A stretch of DNA of 64,000 bases from Candidatus Eiseniibacteriota bacterium. Its GTDB lineage: Bacteria; Eisenbacteria; RBG-16-71-46; JABDJR01. The notes under the pieces are model-generated. The model did not search any database. It saw nothing but the letters and a program-made list of their open reading frames with translations, and was not told where the DNA came from. The stretch spans positions 128,001 through 192,000 of the forward strand of contig CAWANH010000001.1 in the NCBI GenBank assembly GCA_963783375.1, in the 5' to 3' direction. A program made the position numbers and the translations under genes. Positions 36,453-47,153 of the stretch are shown in pieces. Within the stretch, counting starts at the first letter, position 1. Every line of letters starts with the position of its first letter.

Positions 36453-39233
36453 ATGCAACACACCCGCCTCGTCATCGTCCTCGCCGCGCTCCTGGGCCTG
36501 GCCTGCGGGCCGAGGCCGGAACGCGCCCTGCGCGCCCGGGTCCCCGATCTCCCGGCCGAAGACGCCCGGCACCTCCTCTCGGACGGCGACAGCGCCTACG
36601 CCGCCTACGCCCGCGAGGTCGGGGTGATGCGGCTTCTCGACGTGGAATCCCGCCTGGTCGCGGGGCTCTCCAAGCGCTCCCCCGAGGCCTACTCGCGGAG
36701 CCTCGAGGCCCTCGGCCCCTACCTGGACCGGGTTACCGGCCGTCTCGCCGCCGAGTACCACCTCCCCGAGTTCCGGGACGCGCTCGCGTTCCGTCGCCGG
36801 ATCGATCCGAGCGTGGGCCTCGAGTTGGCGGCCGCCGATCGTCGCCGGATCCATCTGATCGCGGATCCCAACCTCTCGGCGGCGGAGAAGGAGTCCGGAC
36901 TCCGGGAGATGCTCCGTATCTACCGGGAAACCGGGTATCGGCCCGGGGTGGTCGTGGCCGAGTTTGCCCTGGCCCGGCAGGCCGACGCCCAGGGCCGGTC
37001 CGCGGAGGGCGTGGGATGGCTGCGACGGGCGGAGCGGCACGCCCGGGAATGGAACCTCACCCTCCTCGACTGCCAGGTGCTGGGAGCCCTTGGATCGTGG
37101 TACGCCGCCCTGCAGAAGCCCGACTCCATGTATCTCTGTCTGGACCGGGCGCTGACCCAGGCCCGGCACGCCCGGCACCCGTATCAGACCTCGCGCATCC
37201 TCACCTTCTACGGCAACTACTACTGGCGGAAGGGACGTCTGATCCCGGCCCGGGACTACTTCCTTGCCGCCTACGAGGCGTGCCGGGAGTACAAGGGGGG
37301 CGCGGTGGACGAACTCCGCATCCTGAACGACACGCTCCTGAGCCTCTACGCCGGGCTCGGTTGCTGGGAGGCGGTGGAGGACCTCCTCCCCCGGGCCCAT
37401 CTCCTGGAGCGGGAGTTCTTCGCCTCCCCCCGCTCCCGGAGCCGCACGTTCTGGATCTCCACCCAGCGGGTGGAGATGCGGCTCCGTTTCGCCCGCGGCG
37501 ACGTGGAGGGGGCCCGCCGGATCTTCGAGAAGGTCAGGGACACCGCCCGCGAGGGGGTGCGGACGACCTATGCCGGTCTCCTGGAATCCTGGTGCGAGGG
37601 CTTGCTGGAAAACGGCGCCGACCGCCGGGCGCTTGCCGCCGCGGAGGAGGGGCTCCGCTACGCGGCGGATCGAAACCTCCCCGAGGCCGAGGCGCGTTTC
37701 GCCCTGGACCTGGCCCAGGCCCAGGTCCGGACCGGGGCCTACGCCGAAGCCGGAGCCGCGCTCGATCGCTTCGTCCGGATGCACCCGAAGAGCGACGACG
37801 AGACCGACCTCAACGACTGGGCCCGCCATGATGCGCTCGAGGCCGCCCGCCTCGATCGGCTCGGGCGCCGGGACGAGGCGACGGCGGCCGCCGCCCGGGG
37901 GGTCGGGCGTCTGGAGGCCGCTCTCGTTTGCATGGACCGGACCCCCCTCGCCTATCTCCGCCTGGGGACTTGCGGCGACCTGCACGATGAGGTCCTCGAC
38001 CTTCTCTCGGACTCCCCGGAGGCGGGCTACGCGGCGGAGATGGAATGGCGGCGGCTGGTGGATTCGATCGGAGCCCGAAGCCGCGGGCGCACCCGGGACG
38101 GAGCGGCCGAGCCCTCCCGGTGGTTCGCCCGGTCCGCGAGCCACGCGCCCGGACCGCGGCCCGGTTCGGACCCGGGAGCCGATCTCCGTAAGCGGCTGAC
38201 GGCCCGTCGCGCCGTCCACCTCGTCTACCGGGTCCAGCCGAGCCGGGTGATCCGCTGGACGGCGGACGGAGAGACCGGGGTGCGCGCGGACACCCTGGCC
38301 GCGACCCCCGACTCGATCCGGGCCTGGGTCGGCCGCGCCACCAGGGCGATGGGAAGATCCCTGGAGGACGCGCGGGGAGTCCCCCCCGAGCTGACCCGGC
38401 TCGCCGGCGCGCTCCTTCCCCCCTCGGTGATCGACGGCACGGCGGGAGCGAAGATGCTTCTCATCAGCCCCGACGGATGGCTCTCCCTCCTCCCCTTCGA
38501 GGCCCTCGATATCTCCGGGGGACCGGCCTATCTCCCGCTTCTGAGCCGATACGAGGTGGCATACCTTCGCTACCAGACCGCGGCCGCCCCGCCGGCCCGG
38601 GGCGATCCGTTGGTGGTGGCGAACCCCGACATTTCCCCCGAGCTCGGCCGACGCTATCCGGCCCTCCGTCCCCTGGCGTTCGACCGACGGGAGGTGTCCG
38701 CGATCTCGACCCGGTATCCCGGAACGCGGGTGCTCGCCGGTCGCGAGGCCACCAAGGCACGGATCCTCGCGGCCTGGGAGAAGGCCCCGATTCTCTACGT
38801 GGCTTCCCACGTGGTCCGCGATCCCCAGACCCCGTACGTGACCTTCATCCCGGTGGCCCCCGCCGGGACCGGGACCCACGATCCGGGCTACATCGACATG
38901 GAGGACGTGGCCGGGGCCGACCTCCGCGGCTGTACGCTGGCCGTCCTGGCCGGCTGCGCGAGCGGGGTTCCCTACGTGGCGGCGGGCGGCACGGCCCCGA
39001 GCCTGGGGCAGGTCTTCCTGGACGCGGGAGCCCGCGCGGTGGTGGAGACGTTCTTCCCGGTTCGCGACGAGGACGCCGAGGCCACCATGGAAGAATTCCT
39101 CCAGGCGTGGATCGGCGGGGGTGACGACCCCGTGGCCGCGCTCACCCGCGTGCGCCGGAAGGCGCTGGCCGACGGCGCCCGCCGCGGCGGATTCGCCTGG
39201 GCGGCGTTCTCCATCGAGCTGGCCGGGATCTGA
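36453..39233 (+). CDS. CHAT-domain (caspase-like) protease with TPR-like helical region; predicted lipoprotein
   Basis: MQHTRLVIVLAALLGLAC lipobox; LLISPDGWLSLLPFEAL, LAGREATKA, LYVASH (catalytic His), LAVLAGCASG (catalytic Cys), FLDAGARAVV...PVRD, WAAF. Confidence 0.87.
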   Translation: MQHTRLVIVLAALLGLACGPRPERALRARVPDLPAEDARHLLSDGDSAYAAYAREVGVMRLLDVESRLVAGLSKRSPEAYSRSLEALGPYLDRVTGRLAAEYHLPEFRDALAFRRRIDPSVGLELAAADRRRIHLIADPNLSAAEKESGLREMLRIYRETGYRPGVVVAEFALARQADAQGRSAEGVGWLRRAERHAREWNLTLLDCQVLGALGSWYAALQKPDSMYLCLDRALTQARHARHPYQTSRILTFYGNYYWRKGRLIPARDYFLAAYEACREYKGGAVDELRILNDTLLSLYAGLGCWEAVEDLLPRAHLLEREFFASPRSRSRTFWISTQRVEMRLRFARGDVEGARRIFEKVRDTAREGVRTTYAGLLESWCEGLLENGADRRALAAAEEGLRYAADRNLPEAEARFALDLAQAQVRTGAYAEAGAALDRFVRMHPKSDDETDLNDWARHDALEAARLDRLGRRDEATAAAARGVGRLEAALVCMDRTPLAYLRLGTCGDLHDEVLDLLSDSPEAGYAAEMEWRRLVDSIGARSRGRTRDGAAEPSRWFARSASHAPGPRPGSDPGADLRKRLTARRAVHLVYRVQPSRVIRWTADGETGVRADTLAATPDSIRAWVGRATRAMGRSLEDARGVPPELTRLAGALLPPSVIDGTAGAKMLLISPDGWLSLLPFEALDISGGPAYLPLLSRYEVAYLRYQTAAAPPARGDPLVVANPDISPELGRRYPALRPLAFDRREVSAISTRYPGTRVLAGREATKARILAAWEKAPILYVASHVVRDPQTPYVTFIPVAPAGTGTHDPGYIDMEDVAGADLRGCTLAVLAGCASGVPYVAAGGTAPSLGQVFLDAGARAVVETFFPVRDEDAEATMEEFLQAWIGGGDDPVAALTRVRRKALADGARRGGFAWAAFSIELAGI

Positions 39234-39250
39234 TCCGCGGCCGGCGGCCC

Positions 39251-39520
39251 TCAGCGCTCGCGACGATGTCCGGGGACCAGCTTCTCGACCGCTTCCTTGG
39301 CCGTCTTGAGGTCGGTGTGATGGACCGCGCGGTACACCTTGATCGCCTCGATCTTGTGCCCCATCTCCATGAGGCGCCTCACGTCCCCGTCGGTTTCCAT
39401 CCCCTCGAGGGGATAGACGCCGGTCCGGCGTAGCCGGGCGACGGTGCCCCGGCTACGGCGGTTCAGGTAGCTCAGCACCAGGATGATGGCGAGGACGACC
39501 AGCAGGATCTTGAGCATCAC
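39251..39520 (-). CDS. Small membrane-anchored protein with ribosomal L7/L12 C-terminal-like domain
   Basis: N-terminal TM LKILLVVLAIILVLSYL; GHKIEAIKVYRAVHHTDLKTAKEAVEKL; GGAG RBS. Confidence 0.7.
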   Translation of the reverse strand: MMLKILLVVLAIILVLSYLNRRSRGTVARLRRTGVYPLEGMETDGDVRRLMEMGHKIEAIKVYRAVHHTDLKTAKEAVEKLVPGHRRER

Positions 39521-39587
39521 GCTCCTCCCGGTTCACGGTGTCCGCAGAATCGAGGCCCCGCCGGGGGCCCTCCGGAGCGGCGGCGCC

Positions 39588-40891
39588 TCAGGACCCGCCG
39601 AATGCCACGGCCAGGGCCTCGGCCCCGGCCTCCAGCGTCCGGTCCACATCCTCTTCGTCATGGGCGAGGGAGATGAAGCCGGCCTCGAACTGGGAGGGGG
39701 CGAGGTAGATGCCCCGTTCCAGCATGGCGTGGAAGTACCGGGCGAACGCCGCGGTGTCCGAGGCCTTGGCCTCGTCGTAGTTCCTGACCGGTCCCCGGCG
39801 GAAATAGAGGCCGAACATCGAGCCGACCCGCTGGAAGGCCAGGGGGTAGTCGTGTTTCTCCATCACCGCGGCGATCCCCGCCTCGAGGCGGCTCCCCAGC
39901 TCCTCCAACCGGTCGTAGATCCCGGGAACGTCGAGGAGGCTCAGCGTGGCCCGTCCCGCCGCCACCGCCAGCGGGTTCCCGGAGAGGGTCCCGGCCTGGT
40001 ACACCGGACCCGCCGGGGCCAGCTTCTCCATGATCGACCGCGGACCGCCGTAGGCCCCGACCGGGAGACCTCCTCCGATGACCTTCCCCATGGTGGTGAG
40101 GTCCCCCGCCACCCCGAATCGCTCGGTGGCCCCGCCGGGGGCGAGCCGGAAGCCGGTCATGACCTCGTCCAGAACGAGGAGCGCGCCGTCGTCCCGGGTA
40201 AGCGCCCGGAGCCCTTCCAGGAACCCCGGCCCGGGGGGGATCAACCCCATGTTCCCGGCCACCGGTTCGACGATCACCGCGGCGATCTCACCGGGATGGC
40301 TTCGGAAGAGGGCGGCCACCCGGTCCAGGTCGTTGTAGGGCGCGAGGAGGGTGTCGGCCACCACCGCCTCCGGCACCCCGGGGCTGTTGGGAACGCCGAG
40401 GGTGGTGGCTCCGGATCCGGCCTGCATGAGAAACGCATCGCCGTGGCCGTGATAGCACCCCTCGAACTTCACGAACTTCGACCGGCCGGTGTGGGCCCGG
40501 GCCAGCCGGAGCGCCGACATGGTGGCCTCGGTGCCGCTGTTCACCAGCCGCACCATTTCCATACCGGGCATGCGGGAGACCACCAGCCGGGCCAGATCCG
40601 TCTCCCCTTCGGTGGGGGCGCCGTAGCTCATCCCCCGCGAGGCGGCGTCGCACACCGCGTCCACCACCTCGGGGTGGGCGTGGCCCAGGATCATGGGGCC
40701 CCAGGAACCCACGTAATCCACGTACTCGTTCCCGTCCAGGTCGAAGACCCGGCAGCCGGCGGCGTCGGCGATGAAGGGGGGATCCCCCCCACCCCGCCGA
40801 AGGCCCGGACCGGCGAGTTCACCCCCCCGGGAATGACCTGTCGCGCCTCGGCCATGGCCAGCCGGCTCTTCTCAAGACTCCAGTCCGTCAT
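39588..40891 (-). CDS. hemL: Glutamate-1-semialdehyde 2,1-aminomutase (frameshift near 40780)
   Basis: [68 protein letters not shown]; ATGA-coupled to hemB; indel in G/C homopolymer. Confidence 0.95.
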
Positions 40892-41877
40892 AGACTCCAT
40901 CCCTTCCCGAGCAATTTAGCCGCTCGGCGCGCAAAATACGTGAGAACCATGTCCGCCCCCGCCCGCCGGATGGCCACCAGGCTCTCCATCATCACCCGTT
41001 CCTCGTCCAGCCAGCCGTTTCGGGCCGCGGCGAGGATCATGCTGTACTCCCCGCTCACCTGGTAGGCCGCGGTGGGGACCCCGAACCGGTCCTTCACCCG
41101 GCGGATGATGTCCAGATAGGGCATGGCCGGCTTCACCATGATCATGTCCGCGCCCTCCTCGAGGTCCAGGGCCACCTCGCGGAGCGCCTCGTCCCCGTTC
41201 CCGGGGTCCATCTGGTGGGAGCGGCGGTCGCCGAAGGCCGGGGCCGACTCGGCGGCATCCCGGAAGGGACCGTAGAATCCGGAGGAGTACTTGGCCGCGT
41301 AGGAAAGGATGGGAAGCTCGGGCGACCCGGCCGCGTCGAGCGCCTCCCGGATCCCGGACACCATGCCGTCGACCATCCCCGACGGGGCGATCACGTCCGC
41401 CCCCGCCCGGGCCAGGGACACCGCCTGCTTCCCCAGGTTCTCCCGGGTGGCGTCGTTGTCGAGGTCCCCGTCGGACAGGACCCCGCAGTGCCCGTGGTCG
41501 GTGTACTCGCAGAAGCAGAGGTCCACCATGGCCACCAGCTCCGGCGCCGCCCGCTTGAGCGCATCGAGGCCCCGCTGGACCACGCCGTCGGGGCGCCAGG
41601 ATGACGCCCCCACCGGGTCCTTCTCCTCGGGAATCCCGAAGAGGATCAGGGCGGGCACCCCTTCGTCGCGGATCCGGGGAGCGACCTCGGCCAGGCGGTC
41701 CGCCGACCACTGGCTGACCCCGGGCATCGAACCCACCGGCTTCTCCACCCCGGAACCGGGGCAGATGAACACCGGGTAGATGAGCGAGTCCGCGGTGAGC
41801 CGGGTCTCCCGGACCAGGCGGCGGACTCCGGCGTGCTTGCGGTTCCGCCGCATGCGGAGGGTGGGATAGTTCGTCAT
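40888..41877 (-). CDS. hemB: Porphobilinogen synthase
   Basis: [49 protein letters not shown]. Confidence 0.97.
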   Translation of the reverse strand: MTNYPTLRMRRNRKHAGVRRLVRETRLTADSLIYPVFICPGSGVEKPVGSMPGVSQWSADRLAEVAPRIRDEGVPALILFGIPEEKDPVGASSWRPDGVVQRGLDALKRAAPELVAMVDLCFCEYTDHGHCGVLSDGDLDNDATRENLGKQAVSLARAGADVIAPSGMVDGMVSGIREALDAAGSPELPILSYAAKYSSGFYGPFRDAAESAPAFGDRRSHQMDPGNGDEALREVALDLEEGADMIMVKPAMPYLDIIRRVKDRFGVPTAAYQVSGEYSMILAAARNGWLDEERVMMESLVAIRRAGADMVLTYFARRAAKLLGKGWSL

Positions 41878-41881
41878 GAAG

Positions 41882-42682
41882 TCATGCCTTTCCGTGAAGT
41901 CCCGATCCGACCACCGAACCCAGGACCGCGATCACCGCATCGTCCGAGGGTTCCATGCACTCCTCGATCCGCCCCGCGCCCAGCTCGCGAAGCCGGTGGG
42001 CGGTCACCGGCCCGATGGCCACCAGGACCGCGTCCTCGCGCCAGGCGCGGGCGCAATCCACGGCATCCCCGGAAAAGACCCGGCCCGGACCGGAAAAAAG
42101 GGCCTCGGCGGCCGACGGGCTGTGGAGGATCGCCGCCCCCGGAGCGGCGGCGCGGAGAAGGTCCAGGTCCTCGCCGGAGAGCCGGCGATCGGCGGTCTCA
42201 TAGACCTGGAACGCGCGCACGACGGCGCCGGCCGCGGCCAGTCCCTCGGGAAGCTCCCGGGTCGCGCTCCCCTTCCGGCTCCCGCCGGGAATCCAAACCG
42301 TCTTGCCCGCGAGGTCCTCGCCGGCGAAGCGATCCAGGAGCCCGACCGCGTTCTCGCGCTCGGGCACCAGATCCACGCTCCACCCCAGGGCCCGGGCGAC
42401 CTCCGCGGTGCGCCGTCCCACCGCCGCCGCCCGGATCGCCCGCCGTTCCTCCGCCGACCAGCCTACCGCTCCCATCGACGCTTCCAGGGAGCGCGCCGCG
42501 GTGCCGCTCACGAACACCAGCCAATCCGGCCGTTCCCCGCTCAGGGGCGGGGTGGGGATGACGGGTCGGGTCTCGAGGAGCGGGACCGCGATCACCGCGT
42601 ACCCGGCGTCCCGCACCGCGCGAGCGGTGGTCTCGCTTCCGGGACGGGGGCGCGTCACCCAGACCGAGGGCCCGACGCTCAC
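41882..42682 (-). CDS. hemD: Uroporphyrinogen-III synthase
   Basis: [38 protein letters not shown]; lies between hemC and hemB. Confidence 0.88.
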   Translation of the reverse strand: MSVGPSVWVTRPRPGSETTARAVRDAGYAVIAVPLLETRPVIPTPPLSGERPDWLVFVSGTAARSLEASMGAVGWSAEERRAIRAAAVGRRTAEVARALGWSVDLVPERENAVGLLDRFAGEDLAGKTVWIPGGSRKGSATRELPEGLAAAGAVVRAFQVYETADRRLSGEDLDLLRAAAPGAAILHSPSAAEALFSGPGRVFSGDAVDCARAWREDAVLVAIGPVTAHRLRELGAGRIEECMEPSDDAVIAVLGSVVGSGLHGKA

Positions 42683-43632
42683 CCCTCCTCCTCCGCCGAA
42701 CCGCGGATCGCGGCGAGGATCTCCATGGCCCCTCGGGCCTTGAGATCCTCGGCCAGCCGCCGGCCAACCGCCGCCGCCTCGGTTCGCGGCCCGCGGGCTT
42801 CCCCGCGCACGAGCTCCGAGCCGTCGATCGCCGCCACCAGACCGTCCAGGATCAACTCGTCCCCGTCGAGCCGGGCCAGGGCGGCCACCGGAACCTGACA
42901 GCCGCCCTCGAGCGCGGCCAACAGCGCCCGCTCCGCGTCGACCCGGTCCCGGGTGTCGCGGTCGTCCAGGGGGGAAAGGAGTTCCCGGGTGGCATCGTCA
43001 TCCCGGCCTTCCACCGCCAGCGCCCCCTGGCCGGGGGCGGGGAGGAACACCGAGGGCTCCAGGGCCTCGGTCACGTGGTCGGCGAGGCCCAGCCGCTTCA
43101 ACCCGGCCACGGCCAGGAACATCCCCGCCATGGTCCCCTCGCCGAATTTCCTGAGCCGGCTGTCCACGTTGCCGCGAATCGGCTCCACCACCGCCTCGGG
43201 GTGGCGGTGCATGACCTGGGCCATCCGCCGGAGCGACCCGGTGGCCACCGTCCCTCCCGCCGGCAGATCCCCGTACCGCAGCCCGTCCCGGCCGATCCAG
43301 GCGTCGCGGGGATCGAAGCGCGGGGGGTGGGCCCAGATCCGAAGCCCTCCCGGGAGCTCGGTGGGAAGGTCCTTCAAACTGTGGACGGCCAGATCCGCAT
43401 CGCCGGCGATCAGCGCGTCCTCGATCTCCTTGGTGAAGGCGCCCTTCCCTCCCAGGGCCTGGAGCGAGGCGGCCTGGAACCGGTCGCCGCTGGTCTTCAC
43501 CAGGTTCAGGTCCACCTCCAGACCGGGGTGGACCTCTCGGAGCCGCGCCGCCACCCATCGCGACTGCCAGAGCGCCAGATCGGACCCCCGGGTGGCGATC
43601 ACCACCCTACGACGCGTCATCATCGGCTTCAT
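42679..43632 (-). CDS. hemC: Hydroxymethylbilane synthase
   Basis: IATRGSDLALWQ, GKGAFTKEIE, VHSLKDLP, IRGNVDSRL, PAPGQGAL, LEGGCQVP. Confidence 0.97.
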   Translation of the reverse strand: MKPMMTRRRVVIATRGSDLALWQSRWVAARLREVHPGLEVDLNLVKTSGDRFQAASLQALGGKGAFTKEIEDALIAGDADLAVHSLKDLPTELPGGLRIWAHPPRFDPRDAWIGRDGLRYGDLPAGGTVATGSLRRMAQVMHRHPEAVVEPIRGNVDSRLRKFGEGTMAGMFLAVAGLKRLGLADHVTEALEPSVFLPAPGQGALAVEGRDDDATRELLSPLDDRDTRDRVDAERALLAALEGGCQVPVAALARLDGDELILDGLVAAIDGSELVRGEARGPRTEAAAVGRRLAEDLKARGAMEILAAIRGSAEEEG

Positions 43633-44902
43633 CCCCCGTCCCCGAGTCGAGGTGGAACACCCGGCGGAGGACGGCCAGGCGTTCGGCCTCCTCCGGGTCG
43701 TCGGCGTGATATTGCTTGATCTCGGTGGTGAGACCCATGAGTAGTTTGCGGACCAGGTTCCGGCTGAAGATGTCGAGCTGCTCCCGGTCCTTCTCCACGA
43801 AGCGCTTGGCGTTCCGGTCCAGCTCGGCGGCGCGGATCGCCTCGAAGGCGTGATGGAGGTCGCGGATCACCGGCCCGGCGTCGAGGCTCTTCCACCAGCG
43901 CATGAACTGCTCGACCTCGGCGTCCACCAGGCGCTCGACCTCGGGGATTTCCCCCTCCCGCCGCTCCTTGTTCTTGTCCACGATCACGTTCAACGCGTCC
44001 ATGTCGAAGCGGAACACGCTCTGGATCTCGTCCACCGCCGGGTCGACGTCGCGCGGCACCGCGATGTCCATGAGCACCAGCGCCTTTCCATCCCGGAGCT
44101 TCATGACGTCGCGCACCAGGTCGGGGCCGATCACTGCGGTGGGCGAGCCGGTGGTGGAGATCACGATGTCCACCCGGGCCATGGCTTCGTGAAGGCGGTC
44201 CATGGAGACCGTCTCCCCGCCGAGCTGGCCGGCCAGATGCTCCGCGTTCTCGAGGGTCCGATTGGCGATCAGGAGGGGCTGCACCTTGCGGGCGAGGAGA
44301 TGCTGGGCGCACAAGGCCCCGTTCTCCCCCGCTCCCACCAGGAGCGCGCCCCGTCCCTCCAGGCTCTGGAATACCTTCTCGGCCAGCTCCACCGCGGCGT
44401 AGGCCACCGACACCGCCCCCATGCCGATGTGGGTCTCGGTGCGGGCGCGCTTGCCCACGTGGAAAGCCCGGCTGGCCAGGCGATGGAGCAGGCTGCCCGC
44501 GGTGTCGGCGGCACGCGAGATCTCGTAGGCGATCTTGACCTGGCCCAGGATCTCCTGTTCGCCCAGGACCAGGGAATCCAGGCCGCAGGCCACCCGGAAG
44601 AAGTGCTGCACCGCCTCGTCGCCCTCGTGCTGGTAGAGGTAGCGGAGTCGGTCGCCGTTCCCCTGGGGAATCCGCTCCAGGAAGAGGCTCTCCACCATCC
44701 GGGGGAGCACGGTCTTGGGATCCGACACCAGCGCATAGACCTCGGTGCGGTTGCAGGTCGAGAGGAGGAGGGCCTGGGGGACGTGCTCCGTCTCCCGGAG
44801 CCGCCTCAGCACCGACACCGCCTCGTCCCGCGAATAGACCATTTGCTCCCGCACCGGGAGCGGCGCCGTCCGATGGTTGAGTCCCAACAGGATCAGTCCC
44901 AT
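43607..44902 (-). CDS. hemA: Glutamyl-tRNA reductase
   Basis: GLNHRTAPLPVRE, LSTCNRTE, GLDSLVLGEQEILGQVK, VGAGENG, DIAVPRDVD. Confidence 0.97.
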   Translation of the reverse strand: MGLILLGLNHRTAPLPVREQMVYSRDEAVSVLRRLRETEHVPQALLLSTCNRTEVYALVSDPKTVLPRMVESLFLERIPQGNGDRLRYLYQHEGDEAVQHFFRVACGLDSLVLGEQEILGQVKIAYEISRAADTAGSLLHRLASRAFHVGKRARTETHIGMGAVSVAYAAVELAEKVFQSLEGRGALLVGAGENGALCAQHLLARKVQPLLIANRTLENAEHLAGQLGGETVSMDRLHEAMARVDIVISTTGSPTAVIGPDLVRDVMKLRDGKALVLMDIAVPRDVDPAVDEIQSVFRFDMDALNVIVDKNKERREGEIPEVERLVDAEVEQFMRWWKSLDAGPVIRDLHHAFEAIRAAELDRNAKRFVEKDREQLDIFSRNLVRKLLMGLTTEIKQYHADDPEEAERLAVLRRVFHLDSGTGDEADDDAS

Positions 44903-44914
44903 CTCACACCCGCC

Positions 44915-45748
44915 TCAGCTCACGAAAACGTGGAACTTCGTGAGGAAGAAGTTGACCGCGAACATGGAGAACAACACGAACACGAAACCGAAGAGGGAGG
45001 AGTAGGCCATGCGCGGGCCCCTCCAGGATGTGACGTGGCGCCCCAGGATGGCCAGCCCGTAGAGCACCCAGGTGCCGACCGCCACCAGAACCTTGGGGTC
45101 GGGGTGGACGGCGCCGAAGACGTGGCTGCTCCAGATCGCGCCCAGGATGATGGCCAGGGTGAGGAGCGCGAAGCCCGCCACCGAGGCGTAGTAGTTCATC
45201 CGGTCCAGGATGTCCAGGGAGGGCAGCCGCCGGAAGATGAGCCCGAAGGTCTTCTTCCGGATCGAGCGGTACTGGAGGAGATAGAGAAGGCCGTAGACCG
45301 CGGCCACCGCGAACGCCGAATACCCCAGGACCGCCGCCGACACGTGGAAGCTGAAGATGGTGCTCCGGAGGATGTCCGGCACGTAGGGGTCGAGCTTGGG
45401 GAAGAGCGTGTTCAGTATCTGGAAGATCAGGACCAGGAGAAGGATGAAAGGTCCGGTGTAGGGCGTCTTGGTCCGGGCCTCGACCCAGAGATAGGTGGCG
45501 GCCACCGCGAAGCCCACCGCCCCCAGCACCTGGAAGACCGTCACCATGGGAATGTGCTCGAAGAACACGGTGAAGCCGAGAAAGTACGCCATGTTGGCGA
45601 TCACCGCCGACCACAGGATGGGCCGGGCCAACCGCCGCACGGTGTCGTCCTCGGAGAAGAAGACCAGGAGGTAGTTGAAGAACGCCACCCCGTAGAGAAC
45701 GGGCAGGAGTTCCAACAGGATGTTCAGAACCAGCTTGGTGTCGATCAT
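44915..45748 (-). CDS. ccsA: Cytochrome c assembly protein (CcsA/HemX-like) in hem operon
   Basis: 8 TM helices; FHVSAAVLGY, RRLPSLDILDRM, GAIWS...DPKVL...W..Y, WRG, FH near C-terminus. Confidence 0.82.
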   Translation of the reverse strand: MIDTKLVLNILLELLPVLYGVAFFNYLLVFFSEDDTVRRLARPILWSAVIANMAYFLGFTVFFEHIPMVTVFQVLGAVGFAVAATYLWVEARTKTPYTGPFILLLVLIFQILNTLFPKLDPYVPDILRSTIFSFHVSAAVLGYSAFAVAAVYGLLYLLQYRSIRKKTFGLIFRRLPSLDILDRMNYYASVAGFALLTLAIILGAIWSSHVFGAVHPDPKVLVAVGTWVLYGLAILGRHVTSWRGPRMAYSSLFGFVFVLFSMFAVNFFLTKFHVFVS

Positions 45749-45779
45749 GCGCGTTCACGTCTCCGAGCGCCGGGGGCGC

Positions 45780-47153
45780 TCACGACCGCTCCCGGCCGCG
45801 GCGCGAGTCCCAGGTCTCTCCGCCCCGCCAGGGAACCGGCCCCTCCGCGGTCACCAGATGCTTGATCAGGGCGCGGGCGGGGGGCGCGGACGCCTCCACC
45901 CGGTAGGCCCGACCCACGAACTCGCTCGCCGCCCGCCGTCCCGAGGCCTCGGAGGAGGCGAGCACCCGGGCCAGGACGTCCCCCCGCTCCACCCGATCCC
46001 CGTATCGCCGATCCAGAAGAATTCCCACCGCGGGATCCACGCGGTCCTCGGCCTTCCGTCGGCCGCCTCCCAGCTCCACCACCGCCTCGCCGATCGCGAA
46101 GGGATCGATGTCGGTGACGTACCCGCCGGCGGGGGCGGGCACCGGAACCTCGAAGGGGGCGGCGGGAAGCCGTGAGGGATCGTCGACCGCCCCACCGTCT
46201 CCCCCCTGGGCCTCCACCATGGCCCGGAACCGCGCGAGCCCGGAGCCGTCGGCCACCGCGGCGGCGATCCGCGCCTCGGCGTCGGCCCAGTTCGAAGCCT
46301 TGCCTCCCAGGAGCAACATGGCCGGGCCGAGGGTCCCGACCAGCTCCACGATGTCCGCGGGACCGCGTCCGGCCAGGACGTCGAGGGCCGCGCGCACCTC
46401 CACCGCGTTCCCCACCGCCGCGCCGAGGGGGAGATCCATGTCGGTGATGAACGCGACCACCCGCTTCCCCATCAGGGTTCCGACCCGGGTGAGCTCTTCG
46501 GCCAGCCGGAGCGCGTCCCTCTCGGTCTTCATGAACGCGCCCCGCCCGCACTTCACGTCGAGGACCAGGGCGTCGATCCCCTCCGCCACCTTCTTGGAGA
46601 GGATGCTGCTCACGATCAGGGGAATCGACTCCACGGTGGCGGTGACGTCGCGAAGCGCGTACATGCGCCGGTCGGCCGGAGCCAGGGACTCGGTCTGCCC
46701 GCCCATGACGAAGCCGACCTCGGCCAGCACCGCGCGGAACCGCCCGGCGTCGAGATCGGTACGGAGCCCCGGAATGCTCTCCAGCTTGTCCAGGGTCCCG
46801 CCGGTGTGCCCCAGCCCGCGACCCGAGATCATCGGCACCGGCACCCCCGCCGCCGCGGCCAGGGGGGCCAGGGGAAGGGAGATCAGGTCGCCCACGCCGC
46901 CGGTGGAGTGCTTGTCCACCTTGAGACCGGCCACCTCGGGGAAGGACAGCACCTCCCCGGTCTCCACCATCACCCGGGTGAGGGTGGCGGTCTCCCGGGC
47001 CGACATACCCCGGAAGAAGACCGCCATCAGGAACGCGCTCATCTGGTACGGGGCCACCTCGCCGGAGAGGAACCCGGTCAGGAATCCGGTGATCTCCCGA
47101 TCGGGCAGCTCGATCCCGTCGCGCTTGGAGCGGATCACCGCGCTGGGGTTCAC
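45780..47153 (-). CDS. pdp: Thymidine/pyrimidine-nucleoside phosphorylase
   Basis: GTG start VNPSAVIRSKRDG; DKHSTGGVGD, MISGRGLGHTGGTLDKLESIPG, YALRDVTATV, SILSKK. Confidence 0.95.
   Translation of the reverse strand: MNPSAVIRSKRDGIELPDREITGFLTGFLSGEVAPYQMSAFLMAVFFRGMSARETATLTRVMVETGEVLSFPEVAGLKVDKHSTGGVGDLISLPLAPLAAAAGVPVPMISGRGLGHTGGTLDKLESIPGLRTDLDAGRFRAVLAEVGFVMGGQTESLAPADRRMYALRDVTATVESIPLIVSSILSKKVAEGIDALVLDVKCGRGAFMKTERDALRLAEELTRVGTLMGKRVVAFITDMDLPLGAAVGNAVEVRAALDVLAGRGPADIVELVGTLGPAMLLLGGKASNWADAEARIAAAVADGSGLARFRAMVEAQGGDGGAVDDPSRLPAAPFEVPVPAPAGGYVTDIDPFAIGEAVVELGGGRRKAEDRVDPAVGILLDRRYGDRVERGDVLARVLASSEASGRRAASEFVGRAYRVEASAPPARALIKHLVTAEGPVPWRGGETWDSRRGRERS

Noticed and set aside
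35409-38879. 1156 aa minus-strand ORF as a giant sigma-factor fusion
   Set aside because: Only the last 307 codons are sigma-like and have their own RBS and -10; the rest is the antisense shadow of the CHAT gene.
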